A DNA stretch of 64,000 nucleotides from Escherichia coli (GTDB taxonomy: Bacteria > Pseudomonadota > Gammaproteobacteria > Enterobacterales > Enterobacteriaceae): the NCBI RefSeq assembly GCF_003018115.1, contig NZ_CP027457.1; one strand, written 5' to 3'. The position numbers and the translations under genes were made by a program. The notes under the pieces are model-generated. The model made no database searches and was not told the DNA's origin. It saw only the letters and a list, made by a program, of their open reading frames with translations. This document shows, piece by piece, positions 25,631 to 35,620 of this stretch. Each line of letters opens with the position of its first letter. Position 1 is the first letter of the stretch.

Positions 25631-26980
25631 ATGTTAATTAATAAAAGCAACGGATTTAACGCTAGCGCAGTTTGGGGTAGTGGAAGTTATAATGAAAATA
25701 GATCTTCTAAACACATGGAGCTACTAGCTCATAGTATTGTAAAATTAATTTGTAAGGAAGCTGCATCAGAGACGTATCGCGGTGCTCTTGAAGTTTTACA
25801 AAAAATAATGTCTGAATGTATATATCATGAAGGCAACGCCTTTGTCATTATGGGAGCTGGAGAACAATTAAAACGTATTAAATATGATGTTGATGAAAAT
25901 AACTTAAAGGTATTCAATGTACACTTTGATAATAATGAAGCGTTAGTTACTGATGGTGAGCCTGACGTAGTATGTTTAAGCAAGCAGGTCTGGGAAAATC
26001 TTCTCATTAAACTAAAGCTGGAGAACAAAGAAAATACGGCTTCTGAAGTTCATGAATCAGCGAATAAAGGTGAGGTTGAGCAATTAGTTGAATGCTCTAA
26101 GAGAAATGAACAGACCCTTTTCGATAATATAAGAAAAAGTGATTTTCATGTTGGTTCACTTAAGCCAGGTAGTATGAATAGTGTTATTTTAGAAATGCCA
26201 CCAAATGTCTGTATGGAACCACGTAATTCATATGAAAACAAAATAGATGAGGTTTCATCTTTGTCAGAGCCAAAGGAACACACCATAGATATTCAAGAAA
26301 AAACAGATGCGTTTGTGAAGAAGTTCAAGGGGGTATTATTTGATAAAAATACAAGGTCTTCAGAGCTTCTGTTTAATTTTTATGAATGTTGCTATGTGTT
26401 TTTACCAAGAGCGCAGCCTCAGGATAAAATCGAAAGCTATAATTCAGCACTGCAAGCTTTTTCCATCTTTTGTTCATCTACGTTGACACATAATAATATA
26501 GGCTTTGATTTCAAGTTATTTCCAGAAGTCAAGCTGTCTGGAGAACATCTTGAAACGGTATTCAAATACAAAAATGGCGATGATGTCCGGGAGATAGCCA
26601 AAATTAACATTACTCTCCAAAAAGAAGAGGGTGGCTTATATAATCTACGTGGATTGGATTTTAAGGGATGCTTCTTTTCTGGACAGAACTTCAGTAACTA
26701 TGATATTCAATATGTGAACTGGGGAACGTCATTGTTTGATGTTGATACTCCGTGTATTTTTAATACGCCTGCTAACCATGAGAGTTATGAAAAATCATTA
26801 AAACCTGTAAGCGAAAACGGTTTAAATGGAGTCTTATCTGATCGTAATAAAAAAATAAAAATGATCACGGGTGTGGCACCATTCGATGATATTTTATTTA
26901 TGGATGATGACTTTGATGATAACTCCCCTGAGGATGCTCCCATTGAGAATAGTCCTGTTGTGAATAGTCCCCTTGTATGA
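25631..26980 (+). CDS. Uncharacterized AT-rich 449-aa protein (ypjC-like) with C-terminal pentapeptide-like repeats
   Basis: Long ORF with RBS gaggaa upstream; residues GLDFKGCFFSGQNFSNYDIQYVNWGTSLFD fit a pentapeptide-repeat pattern; position between tRNA-Ile and the pin remnant. Confidence 0.5.
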   Translation: MLINKSNGFNASAVWGSGSYNENRSSKHMELLAHSIVKLICKEAASETYRGALEVLQKIMSECIYHEGNAFVIMGAGEQLKRIKYDVDENNLKVFNVHFDNNEALVTDGEPDVVCLSKQVWENLLIKLKLENKENTASEVHESANKGEVEQLVECSKRNEQTLFDNIRKSDFHVGSLKPGSMNSVILEMPPNVCMEPRNSYENKIDEVSSLSEPKEHTIDIQEKTDAFVKKFKGVLFDKNTRSSELLFNFYECCYVFLPRAQPQDKIESYNSALQAFSIFCSSTLTHNNIGFDFKLFPEVKLSGEHLETVFKYKNGDDVREIAKINITLQKEEGGLYNLRGLDFKGCFFSGQNFSNYDIQYVNWGTSLFDVDTPCIFNTPANHESYEKSLKPVSENGLNGVLSDRNKKIKMITGVAPFDDILFMDDDFDDNSPEDAPIENSPVVNSPLV

Positions 26981-27299
26981 AGTTCTAAAAGTAGTTTTCA
27001 ATGATAAATAAATGGCTATTTTTACGAAGAGATAATAACGTAGATTTAAACAATATGTATTATTGATTGAGTAAATGGGATTATTCTTCACACTACATCC
27101 ATTTTAGTGTCACTACCAAAGAAAAAGGGGCTACGTTTTCATGTAACCCCTTGATTTATTTGGTGGGCTGGCAGTGACTGAATTGGTGCTGTAATTGGTT
27201 GAAATATTTCATCTAATGTCTGGTTCAACTTTCCTTAGCTGCCTGAAAGTTTTTTGATCTTACCCAGCAATAACAGCGTTACGGTGCACCACGCCTGAC

Positions 27300-27525
27300 T
27301 GAAGAACTGCGTGCTCAGGGTTACCACTTCAACGTAAAACTGTGGCAGGAGGTCCGGTCTGAAAAAACTGCACAGGACATCATCGGCAGGGAACGCACTG
27401 GTAGTCTGTAAACTGAACCGACTGGGGCGCAGTATGTGGCATCTTGTCGTGCTGTTGGAGGAGCTGTGCGAACGTGGTATTAACTTTCGTGCTCTGGCCC
27501 AATCTATATTTGCCCAACAATGGGG
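27300..27525 (+). pseudogene. pinH: Remnant of a Pin/Hin/Gin-family DNA invertase (pinH-like fragment)
   Basis: Plus-strand translation ...[48 protein letters not shown] aligns with the central part of the intact invertase at 58439..59005 (LSAGDTLVVWKLDRLGRSMQHLVTLIEELRQRGVNFRSL); no N-terminal catalytic Ser region. Confidence 0.65.
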
Positions 27526-27906
27526 GGACGGAAGCTGTAAAAGTAAAATAATCTGCGATCTCAGATTTATTGAGTGATTTTTATGTGAGCAGAAGATATT
27601 CATCAGAAACGATTATGTAAATCATTTTATTTTGCCGACTGCCTGATTGTCGAAAGAAAAGAATACGCCCGTGTTTCCTGAATAGATTGACTTTTTTATC
27701 CAACCACACTTCAGCGCACTGCGTTTAAAAAATGCCTCATTCTTATGCGGAATATCATCATTTCATCATGATGTCTTTGATGAGCGGTGAACACAATACA
27801 CTTGCGCTGTCTCTTCAGGATGAATCCCCTGGTCTGGTGCCTGTGGGCTGATGTTGCAGCAAAGCTAAGGTCGCTTAAACGCTACTCAGTATTCACTTTT
27901 CAGAGG

Positions 27907-30900
27907 ATGAAATTTATGAACAGGACCAGTCCCCATTATTGTCGCCGCTCAGTACTTTCCTTATTGATATCTGCCCTGATATATGCCCCGCCCGGGATGG
28001 CGGCCTTTACTACTAATGTTATTGGTGTGGTAAACGATGAGACTGTAGATGGTGTCCAAAAAGTAGATGAACGAGGTACAACAAATAACACTCATATTAT
28101 CAACCATGGCCAGCAGAATGTTGAAGGCGGGGTATCCAATGGAAGTATTATTGAATCGGGTGGATATCAAGATGTAGGAAGGCATAATAATTTTGTGGGG
28201 CAGGCTAATAATACAACCATTAACGGGGGCAGACAGTCAATTCATGACGGGGGTATTTCCACAGGTACGACAATCGAGAGTGGCAATCAGGACGTTTATA
28301 CAGGTGGTATCAGCAATGGAACGACAATTAAGGGTGGTAATTCACACATAAGTGGGGGGACTGCGAATGGAACAATCATTGATGGTGGCAGCCAACGAGT
28401 AACAACTCAGGGGCATGTCGACAGTACAACGATAAATAAGTCTGGCTCTCAGGACATCACGCAAGGAAGTCTGGCAACGAACACAACCATAAATGGTGGT
28501 CGACAGTATGTTGAACAGAGCACAGTAGAAACAACAACCATTAAAAATGGCGGTGAGCAAAGAGTATATGAGAGCCGTGCGCTGGACACGACGATTGAAG
28601 GCGGAACTCAGTCTCTGAATAGTAAGTCAACGGCAAAAAATACGCAGATCTATTCTGGTGGCACGCAAATTGTTGATAACACCAGCACCTCGGATGTTAT
28701 TGAAGTTTATTCCGGTGGCGTGCTTGATGTTAGTGGTGGTACGGCAACAAATGTTACCCAGCACGATGGTGCAATTTTAAAAACAAACACTAACGGTACG
28801 ACGGTGAACGGTACGAATAGTGAAGGTGCATTCTCCATCCACAATCACGTGGCAGACAATGTGTTGCTGGAAAACGGTGGTCATTTAGACATAAACGCAT
28901 ATGGTTCGGCAAACAAGACGATTATCAAAGATAAAGGAACAATGTCAGTTTTAACCAATGCTAAAGCTGATGCGACCCGAATAGATAATGGCGGGGTTAT
29001 GGATGTTGCCGGAAACGCGACAAATACCATAATTAATGGTGGCACACAGAATATTAATAATTATGGCATAGCCACAGGCACTAATATCAACAGCGGAACG
29101 CAAAATATCAAAAGCGGCGGGAAAGCTGACACAACAATTATATCCTCCGGGAGCCGGCAGGTTGTTGAGAAAGATGGTACGGCAATTGGCAGCAATATTA
29201 GCGCCGGAGGCTCACTGATTGTCTATACCGGCGGTATTGCACATGGGGTTAACCAGGAGACGGGCAGTGCTTTAGTTGCCAACACGGGTGCAGGGACTGA
29301 TATCGAAGGATACAACAAGCTCTCTCACTTCACTATTACCGGAGGGGAGGCTAATTATGTTGTGCTGGAAAATACCGGCGAACTGACGGTAGTGGCTAAA
29401 ACCTCGGCGAAAAATACTACCATTGATGCTGGCGGTAAGCTGATTGTCCAGAAGGAGGCTAAAACAGATAGCACCAGACTTAATAATGGCGGCGTTCTGG
29501 AGGTTCAGGACGGTGGTGAGGCTAAGCATGTTGAGCAACAATCCGGCGGCGCATTAATTGCTTCCACGACCTCCGGAACACTTATCGAAGGAACCAACAG
29601 TTATGGTGATGCTTTCTACATCAGGAATTCAGAAGCTAAAAATGTAGTGCTGGAAAACGCTGGCTCATTAACAGTCGTCACTGGTTCCCGGGCAGTTGAC
29701 ACGATTATTAATGCCAACGGCAAAATGGATGTTTATGGAAAAGATGTTGGCACTGTACTCAATAGTGCTGGCACCCAAACAATATATGCCAGTGCCACTT
29801 CTGATAAAGCAAATATCAAAGGTGGCAAGCAAACGGTATATGGTTTAGCCACTGAAGCAAATATCGAAAGTGGTGAACAAATTGTTGATGGCGGGTCAAC
29901 AGAGAAAACACACATCAATGGTGGCACGCAAACCGTTCAGAATTATGGTAAGGCAATCAATACCGATATCGTCTCTGGCCTACAACAAATTATGGCAAAC
30001 GGGACAGCGGAAGGTTCCATTATTAATGGGGGTTCACAGGTAGTTAATGAGGGCGGTCTGGCTGAAAACTCGGTGCTTAATGACGGCGGCACACTCGATG
30101 TGCGGGAGAAAGGCAGCGCAACGGGGATACAGCAGAGTAGCCAGGGCGCTTTGGTTGCAACCACCAGGGCGACGCGGGTCACAGGAACACGCGCGGATGG
30201 CGTCGCGTTCAGCATCGAGCAGGGTGCGGCGAACAATATCCTGCTGGCAAATGGCGGCGTGTTAACCGTGGAGTCAGACACCACTTCCGCCAAAACACAG
30301 GTCAATACGGGCGGACGGGAGATCGTCAAAACAAAAGCCACTGCGACAGGCACGACGCTCACCGGCGGTGAACAAATTGTCGAGGGTGTGGCGAATGAGA
30401 CAACAATTAACGACGGCGGAATACAAACAGTTTCAGCTAACGGAGAGGCAATAAAAACAAAGATCAATGAAGGCGGAACGCTGACAGTCAACGATAATGG
30501 CAAAGCGACAGATATCGTCCAGAACAGCGGTGCCGCTCTCCAGACGAGCACGGCTGACGGTATTGAAATCAGCGGTACTCACCAGTACGGCACTTTTTCC
30601 ATTTCCGGCAATTTAGCGACCAATATGTTGCTGGAAAATGGCGGTAATTTATTGGTATTAGCAGGTACCGAAGCTCGCGACTCCACGGTTGGCAAGGGTG
30701 GGGCAATGCAAAACCTGGGTCAGGACTCCGCCACAAAGGTTAACTCTGGTGGGCAATATACCCTTGGGCGGTCAAAAGATGAGTTTCAGGCTCTGGCCCG
30801 GGCAGAAGATCTCCAGGTCGCTGGCGGGACGGCAATCGTCTACGCAGGTACGCTGGCGGATGCATCGGTCAGTGGCGCGACAGGAAGCCTGTCGTTAATG

Positions 30901-32502
30901 ACGCCACGGGATAATGTTACGCCAGTTAAACTCGAAGGGGCGGTCCGGATTACCGATAGCGCGACATTGACTCTGGGAAATGGCGTCGATACAACGCTTG
31001 CCGACCTGACGGCTGCCAGCCGGGGCAGTGTCTGGCTTAACAGCAATAATTCCTGTGCAGGCACCAGCAACTGCGAGTATAGAGTAAACAGTTTGCTACT
31101 TAACGACGGTAATGTTTATTTATCAGCACAAACAGCAGCGCCTGCCACAACTAACGGTATCTACAATACGCTGACAACCAATGAACTTTCCGGTAGCGGT
31201 AATTTCTACCTGCATACCAACGTTGCAGGCTCCCGGGGCGATCAACTGGTCGTCAACTACAACGCCACTGGTAATTTTAAAATCTTTGTTCAGGATACCG
31301 GCGTCAGCCCACAGTCTGACGACGCGATGACGCTGGTGAAAACAGGGGGAGGGGATGCTTCGTTTACGCTGGGCAATACCGGCGGTTTCGTTGATCTTGG
31401 GACCTATGAGTATGTCCTGAAAAGCGACGGCAACAGCAACTGGAACCTGACCAATGATGTCAAACCCAACCCGGACCCCAACCCAAATCCAAATCCGAAG
31501 CCAGACCCAAAACCCGATCCAACGCCAGACCCAAATCCAAAACCAGACCCGACTCCCGAGCCAACGCCGACACCCGTTCCGGAGAAACGCATCACGCCTT
31601 CTACCGCAGCCGTACTCAATATGGCAGCAACATTACCGTTGGTATTTGATGCTGAGCTAAACAGTATTCGCGAGCGGTTGAACATAATGAAAGCGAGTCC
31701 ACACAACAATAATGTCTGGGGGGCGACGTATAACACCCGTAATAATGTCACCACCGATGCGGGTGCCGGGTTTGAGCAGACGCTGACAGGAATGACAGTG
31801 GGGATCGACAGCCGTAATGATATTCCTGAAGGAATTGCCACGCTGGGCGCTTTTATTGGTTATTCCCATTCACATATCGGTTTTGATCGCGGAGGACATG
31901 GCAGTGTGGGCAGTTATTCTCTGGGCGGCTATGCCAGTTGGGAACATGAAAGTGGTTTCTATCTGGACGGTGTCGTGAAGCTGAACCGTTTTGAAAGTAA
32001 CGTAGCCGGTAAAATGAGCAGCGGTGGAGCCGCCAATGGCAGTTACCACAGCAACGGGCTGGGCGGTCACATTGAAACCGGGATGCGATTTACCGATGGT
32101 AACTGGAACCTGACGCCGTATGCATCGTTAACGGGGTTCACCGCTGATAACCCTGAATATCATTTATCCAATGGCATGGAATCGAAATCAGTCGATACCC
32201 GCAGTATATATCGTGAACTGGGTGCAACGCTGAGTTACAACATGCGTCTGGGGAACGGTATGGAAGTTGAGCCGTGGCTGAAGGCGGCTGTGCGCAAAGA
32301 ATTTGTCGATGATAACCGGGTGAAGGTGAATAATGACGGTAATTTCGTCAATGATTTGTCGGGCAGACGTGGAATATACCAGGCAGGTATTAAAGCCTCA
32401 TTCAGCAGTACGTTAAGCGGGCATCTCGGGGTGGGGTATAGCAACGGTGCCGATGTGGAATCCCCGTGGAACGCGGTGGCTGGTGTGAACTGGTCGTTCT
32501 GA
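27907..32502 (+). CDS. ypjA: AIDA/YpjA-type autotransporter adhesin
   Basis: Start MKFMNRTSPHYCRRSVLSLLISALIYAPPGMAA (signal peptide); glycine/threonine-rich repetitive passenger; proline-rich PNPDPNPNPNPKPDPKPDP linker; C-terminal beta-barrel ending ...AVAGVNWSF. Confidence 0.85.
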   Translation: MKFMNRTSPHYCRRSVLSLLISALIYAPPGMAAFTTNVIGVVNDETVDGVQKVDERGTTNNTHIINHGQQNVEGGVSNGSIIESGGYQDVGRHNNFVGQANNTTINGGRQSIHDGGISTGTTIESGNQDVYTGGISNGTTIKGGNSHISGGTANGTIIDGGSQRVTTQGHVDSTTINKSGSQDITQGSLATNTTINGGRQYVEQSTVETTTIKNGGEQRVYESRALDTTIEGGTQSLNSKSTAKNTQIYSGGTQIVDNTSTSDVIEVYSGGVLDVSGGTATNVTQHDGAILKTNTNGTTVNGTNSEGAFSIHNHVADNVLLENGGHLDINAYGSANKTIIKDKGTMSVLTNAKADATRIDNGGVMDVAGNATNTIINGGTQNINNYGIATGTNINSGTQNIKSGGKADTTIISSGSRQVVEKDGTAIGSNISAGGSLIVYTGGIAHGVNQETGSALVANTGAGTDIEGYNKLSHFTITGGEANYVVLENTGELTVVAKTSAKNTTIDAGGKLIVQKEAKTDSTRLNNGGVLEVQDGGEAKHVEQQSGGALIASTTSGTLIEGTNSYGDAFYIRNSEAKNVVLENAGSLTVVTGSRAVDTIINANGKMDVYGKDVGTVLNSAGTQTIYASATSDKANIKGGKQTVYGLATEANIESGEQIVDGGSTEKTHINGGTQTVQNYGKAINTDIVSGLQQIMANGTAEGSIINGGSQVVNEGGLAENSVLNDGGTLDVREKGSATGIQQSSQGALVATTRATRVTGTRADGVAFSIEQGAANNILLANGGVLTVESDTTSAKTQVNTGGREIVKTKATATGTTLTGGEQIVEGVANETTINDGGIQTVSANGEAIKTKINEGGTLTVNDNGKATDIVQNSGAALQTSTADGIEISGTHQYGTFSISGNLATNMLLENGGNLLVLAGTEARDSTVGKGGAMQNLGQDSATKVNSGGQYTLGRSKDEFQALARAEDLQVAGGTAIVYAGTLADASVSGATGSLSLMTPRDNVTPVKLEGAVRITDSATLTLGNGVDTTLADLTAASRGSVWLNSNNSCAGTSNCEYRVNSLLLNDGNVYLSAQTAAPATTNGIYNTLTTNELSGSGNFYLHTNVAGSRGDQLVVNYNATGNFKIFVQDTGVSPQSDDAMTLVKTGGGDASFTLGNTGGFVDLGTYEYVLKSDGNSNWNLTNDVKPNPDPNPNPNPKPDPKPDPTPDPNPKPDPTPEPTPTPVPEKRITPSTAAVLNMAATLPLVFDAELNSIRERLNIMKASPHNNNVWGATYNTRNNVTTDAGAGFEQTLTGMTVGIDSRNDIPEGIATLGAFIGYSHSHIGFDRGGHGSVGSYSLGGYASWEHESGFYLDGVVKLNRFESNVAGKMSSGGAANGSYHSNGLGGHIETGMRFTDGNWNLTPYASLTGFTADNPEYHLSNGMESKSVDTRSIYRELGATLSYNMRLGNGMEVEPWLKAAVRKEFVDDNRVKVNNDGNFVNDLSGRRGIYQAGIKASFSSTLSGHLGVGYSNGADVESPWNAVAGVNWSF

Positions 32503-32512
32503 CCATCAACGA

Positions 32513-32536
32513 AAAAGCCCACATCTGTGGGCTTTC
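32513..32536 (+). terminator. Rho-independent terminator downstream of ypjA
   Basis: Hairpin agcccacatctgtgggct followed by a T-run, immediately after the ypjA stop. Confidence 0.6.
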
Positions 32537-32663
32537 ATGTCGCCAGGAGCCGCGGCTCCTTTGCGTATCCTTTTTTGTCTCCTCACCGTCTGGTCGGTGT
32601 CCTGCTGAGACTGCTAACTTCCTGTTTTTGTTGGTGTTGTCCTTACACCGTCCAATCATGATT

Positions 32664-32708
32664 GGTGGAGCTGGCGGGAGTTGAACCCGCGTCCGAAATT
32701 CCTACATA
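32664..32708 (-). repeat. tmRNA (ssrA) 3'-end-like sequence: prophage att core copy
   Basis: Minus strand reads gtaggaatttcggacgcgggttcaactcccgccagctccacca, i.e. the acceptor/T-arm end of tmRNA with CCA; no upstream tmRNA body, so this is a partial duplicate. Confidence 0.7.
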
Positions 32709-32792
32709 CCATTTTCACTATAATAAAAACATTAACTTGCGTTTAAAATCAGTAAGTTAGTATTATCTTGTGTTTGCTCGTTTTACTCATTT

Positions 32793-33839
32793 TTAATGCT
32801 CTGTCGCCAATCTGTCGCCATTGTAGGTCAACGAAGGTTGAGCCTTCCCTTTGTTTGTTATAATTTCATCAAAGATAGCTGGATTATTATCTTTCAGTAA
32901 TCTTGCTAGTATAATGATTTGCCCAGACGAGCCATCATCCTTGAATGAAAGGAAATTATCGGTAATATCAAGAATATCAATGGTAAATTTGAAGTAAGTT
33001 TCAATTGTATCGCCAAGCTCAATGCTGGACATGAAGTTAGTAACCATTTCATATCCATCAAAGTATAAAGTTGCATGTTCATTTAACTCCATTGGAGTTA
33101 GGCAAAGCATTCGATTAAGTTCGGATAAGTGTTTTTCTATTGAATGAAGAGATTGCATTTGACGGATTAAAACTTCGTCAAACTGAGAGCCATGATTAGA
33201 TGAATGTATCTTCTCTAGGTTTTTTAGTATATCAACCCAGTGATTATTCACTTCACGTATGTATTCTTTATCTGTATTTTTAGGCCGTCCCTTCTCTGGT
33301 GAGCTATTTATGAAAATATATCTATATAGATGTATTGGGTAGTTAATTTTATAACTTATCTCTTTAGTACCATAATGACGTTCGCGTTTAATGGTTTTGT
33401 TAGGTAAATTGGTGAAATAATCAGTAACGAACTTTAGATGGCTATAGTAGCTATCAGATAGATTCTTTTGCTTGGTTTCCTCAATTTGTCGGTTTGTTTG
33501 AACTGTGCGGTGTATGTTTGCTACGACAGCAACAAATGGTATGGACAAAGAAAGTAAGGCGATAGGAAGCTTGCTAATTGCAATGAAATTATTAAAGCCC
33601 TCACTATCAAATTGAGGGGAATGTCCAAGCCAGGAAAATATACCAAAGTATATCGCTGAAAATACAGGAATCCTAAGTGATTGTTTAAATAAGTATTGAC
33701 TTGTTAATGGCCTTTCATCCATGTTAAAGCCTTTTTTTGATACGCATAGATATAATTCAAGGCATATATATAAAAAATATATTATGATAAGTAAGTACGA
33801 TATCCATGGGTATTGTTGGATATAGTTATTAACAAACAC
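32793..33839 (-). CDS. Prophage cargo: uncharacterized membrane-anchored protein (348 aa)
   Basis: Very AT-rich ORF between att core and integrase; N-terminal hydrophobic helices (YLLIIIYFLYICLELYL, IPVFSAIYFGIFSWLG, LPIALLSLSIPFVAVVANI) followed by a soluble domain; start overlaps the integrase stop. Confidence 0.6.
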   Translation of the reverse strand: MFVNNYIQQYPWISYLLIIIYFLYICLELYLCVSKKGFNMDERPLTSQYLFKQSLRIPVFSAIYFGIFSWLGHSPQFDSEGFNNFIAISKLPIALLSLSIPFVAVVANIHRTVQTNRQIEETKQKNLSDSYYSHLKFVTDYFTNLPNKTIKRERHYGTKEISYKINYPIHLYRYIFINSSPEKGRPKNTDKEYIREVNNHWVDILKNLEKIHSSNHGSQFDEVLIRQMQSLHSIEKHLSELNRMLCLTPMELNEHATLYFDGYEMVTNFMSSIELGDTIETYFKFTIDILDITDNFLSFKDDGSSGQIIILARLLKDNNPAIFDEIITNKGKAQPSLTYNGDRLATEH

Positions 33840-34868
33840 TTTCTAATTTTCTCCATCCAAGGTTAGCAAGAGGATTTTTGGTTACAGCATCTTCCAGATG
33901 GTCGGGAGCGAAGTGGGCGTAAATCATTGTCATTTTTATATCGACATGGCCCAGAATATCGCGCAGCACCAGTATGTTTCCGCCATTCATCATAAAGTGA
34001 CTTGCAAATGTATGTCGTAATACGTGTGTGCATTGCCCTTCTGGTAGCTCGATGCCAGCTCGTTTTACCGCACGTTCAAAAGCTTTCCTACAAGGTGTAA
34101 ATAATTTTCCCCTATTCTTAGGCAGTTCTTCATATAAATCCTTTGAAATAGGCACTGTTCGGTTTTTCTTTCCTTTAGTCTTGGTATAAGTGATACGGTA
34201 TTTTGACACCTGATGACTCTGCAGGTTTTCGGCTTCGCTCCAGCGTGCGCCGGTGGCCAAGCATATTTTTGCAATCATCAGCAGACTGGGGCTTTGAGAA
34301 TCAGCACAGGCATCCAGCAGACGTTTAATTTCTTCCGGGGTCAGGAACGCCAATTCACCCTCAGCAATTTTAAATGTTGGCAGCCCAGCAAGCGGGTTGG
34401 GGGCTGCCAGTGGCCCAGCTTTTTCAGTGTACCAAAAACAGATGATAGGTTGCGCTGTTCAAGATTTACCGTGCGGGGCTTAACGGGCGACATAAGCGTG
34501 CCATCTTCATTTCGTACTTCACCTTTTAACCGTGCTTCGCGGTATTTCGTAAACTCACCAGCTGTCAGTTCTGAGGCGATGGGATCGCCTAGACCATTAC
34601 AGATAATTCTAAGTTTCGCCATGAGGCGCTTGGGGTCTGCGAGTGTTTGACCATACAGGGAATACCACAGCTCAATTAATTCTGATAGATGTCGCCGATC
34701 TTCCTTTTCCCCTAGCCATGGTTTTTTGTTCACTTCTTCCATTGTGAAGCTTTCAAACGCAATGGCTTCGCCTTTGGTAGCAAATTGCTTACGCACGCGC
34801 TTACCATTGCGTCCATTGGGATAGCACTCACACAACCATTTTCCGTTCGGCTGTTTTCTGATGGTCAT
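33829..34868 (-). pseudogene. int: P2/186-family tyrosine integrase, split by an apparent frameshift in a C-run (as assembled)
   Basis: N-terminal half (ORF 34341..34868, MTIRKQPNGKWLCECYPNGRNGKRVRKQF...) and C-terminal catalytic half (ORF 33829..34353, ...GARWSEA...HVLRHTFASHFMMNGG...LGHVDIKMTMIYAHF) are in different frames; frames meet at the G/C homopolymer near 34399-34403. Confidence 0.8.
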
Positions 34869-34871
34869 AAG

Positions 34872-35510
34872 TTAGAGGTTCTTGATTACTTTGACTGCAC
34901 GTCCTAGGACTTCCACATCATCTACAGAACATTCAAATGAAGTGTCATCTTGGTTAACTACTATTTTGTTTCCGGGTATGCGCGCAATTTTGACGATGCT
35001 TTTAACTCCGTCCATATCGACTAACCAGAAGCCATTACTGACTTGTTTAACAGACGTATCCACTACAAAGCTATCATTAGCTGTTTTAACAAATAAAGCG
35101 TTGGATGAGTCACCATCGAGCAGGCTGCTATCAAGAAGAATTTCATCACTTGGCTGCAGTTCGCCGTTCTTCAGTTCAACACGTTTGATGCTAGGAGCGA
35201 CGATCTTAGAAAGTGGTCTTACAGTGACAGGAGGTTCATTTTTGAGATTTGTTTCTTCGTTCTCACACGCATACATATCTCCTTGACCAGTAGCCAGCCA
35301 TAGAAGGGAAACTCCTGTTTCAAGGGCACATTGGATTACCCATTCGGCAGGAAAGCTATCCCTTAAGTATCTGTTAGCCATAGTGCTTTTTGATACTTCC
35401 AGATGTTCGCAGAGCTGCTGTCGTGAGCTGAAGTTGTAAGCCTTAATAAGCCTATTAATCGCATCGCGCCCACCACTATCATTCCCCGCCTTGATTAAAC
35501 TCATAATCAA
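34872..35510 (-). CDS. cI: Phage 186-type CI immunity repressor
   Basis: 212-aa ORF with N-terminal HTH and C-terminal region matching remembered 186 CI blocks (CALETGxxLxWLxTGxG, WLVDxxGxxSI, FECxxDDxxxLGR). Confidence 0.75.
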   Translation of the reverse strand: MIMSLIKAGNDSGGRDAINRLIKAYNFSSRQQLCEHLEVSKSTMANRYLRDSFPAEWVIQCALETGVSLLWLATGQGDMYACENEETNLKNEPPVTVRPLSKIVAPSIKRVELKNGELQPSDEILLDSSLLDGDSSNALFVKTANDSFVVDTSVKQVSNGFWLVDMDGVKSIVKIARIPGNKIVVNQDDTSFECSVDDVEVLGRAVKVIKNL

Positions 35511-35620
35511 ACCTCTTGATGTATATAAAAAGTGATCCTAATATCCATCCATGGTTTGAAAAGCAAAACCAAACCACATAAAACAAGATAAAACGAAACC
35601 AAACTAAGAGATACTGCACT
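35511..35620. promoter_or_regulatory. Divergent lysis/lysogeny promoter-operator region (pR/pL-like)
   Basis: Short AT-rich space between divergent cI and apl; individual operators not resolved. Confidence 0.45.

Noticed and set aside
29943-30551. 202-aa minus-strand ORF inside the autotransporter gene
   Set aside because: Antisense to the repetitive passenger domain; repeats keep the opposite frame open by chance
32664-32708. Possibility that this is a complete tmRNA (ssrA) gene
   Set aside because: Only the last ~45 nt match tmRNA; the sequence further upstream on that strand is unrelated AT-rich DNA, so it is an att-core duplicate
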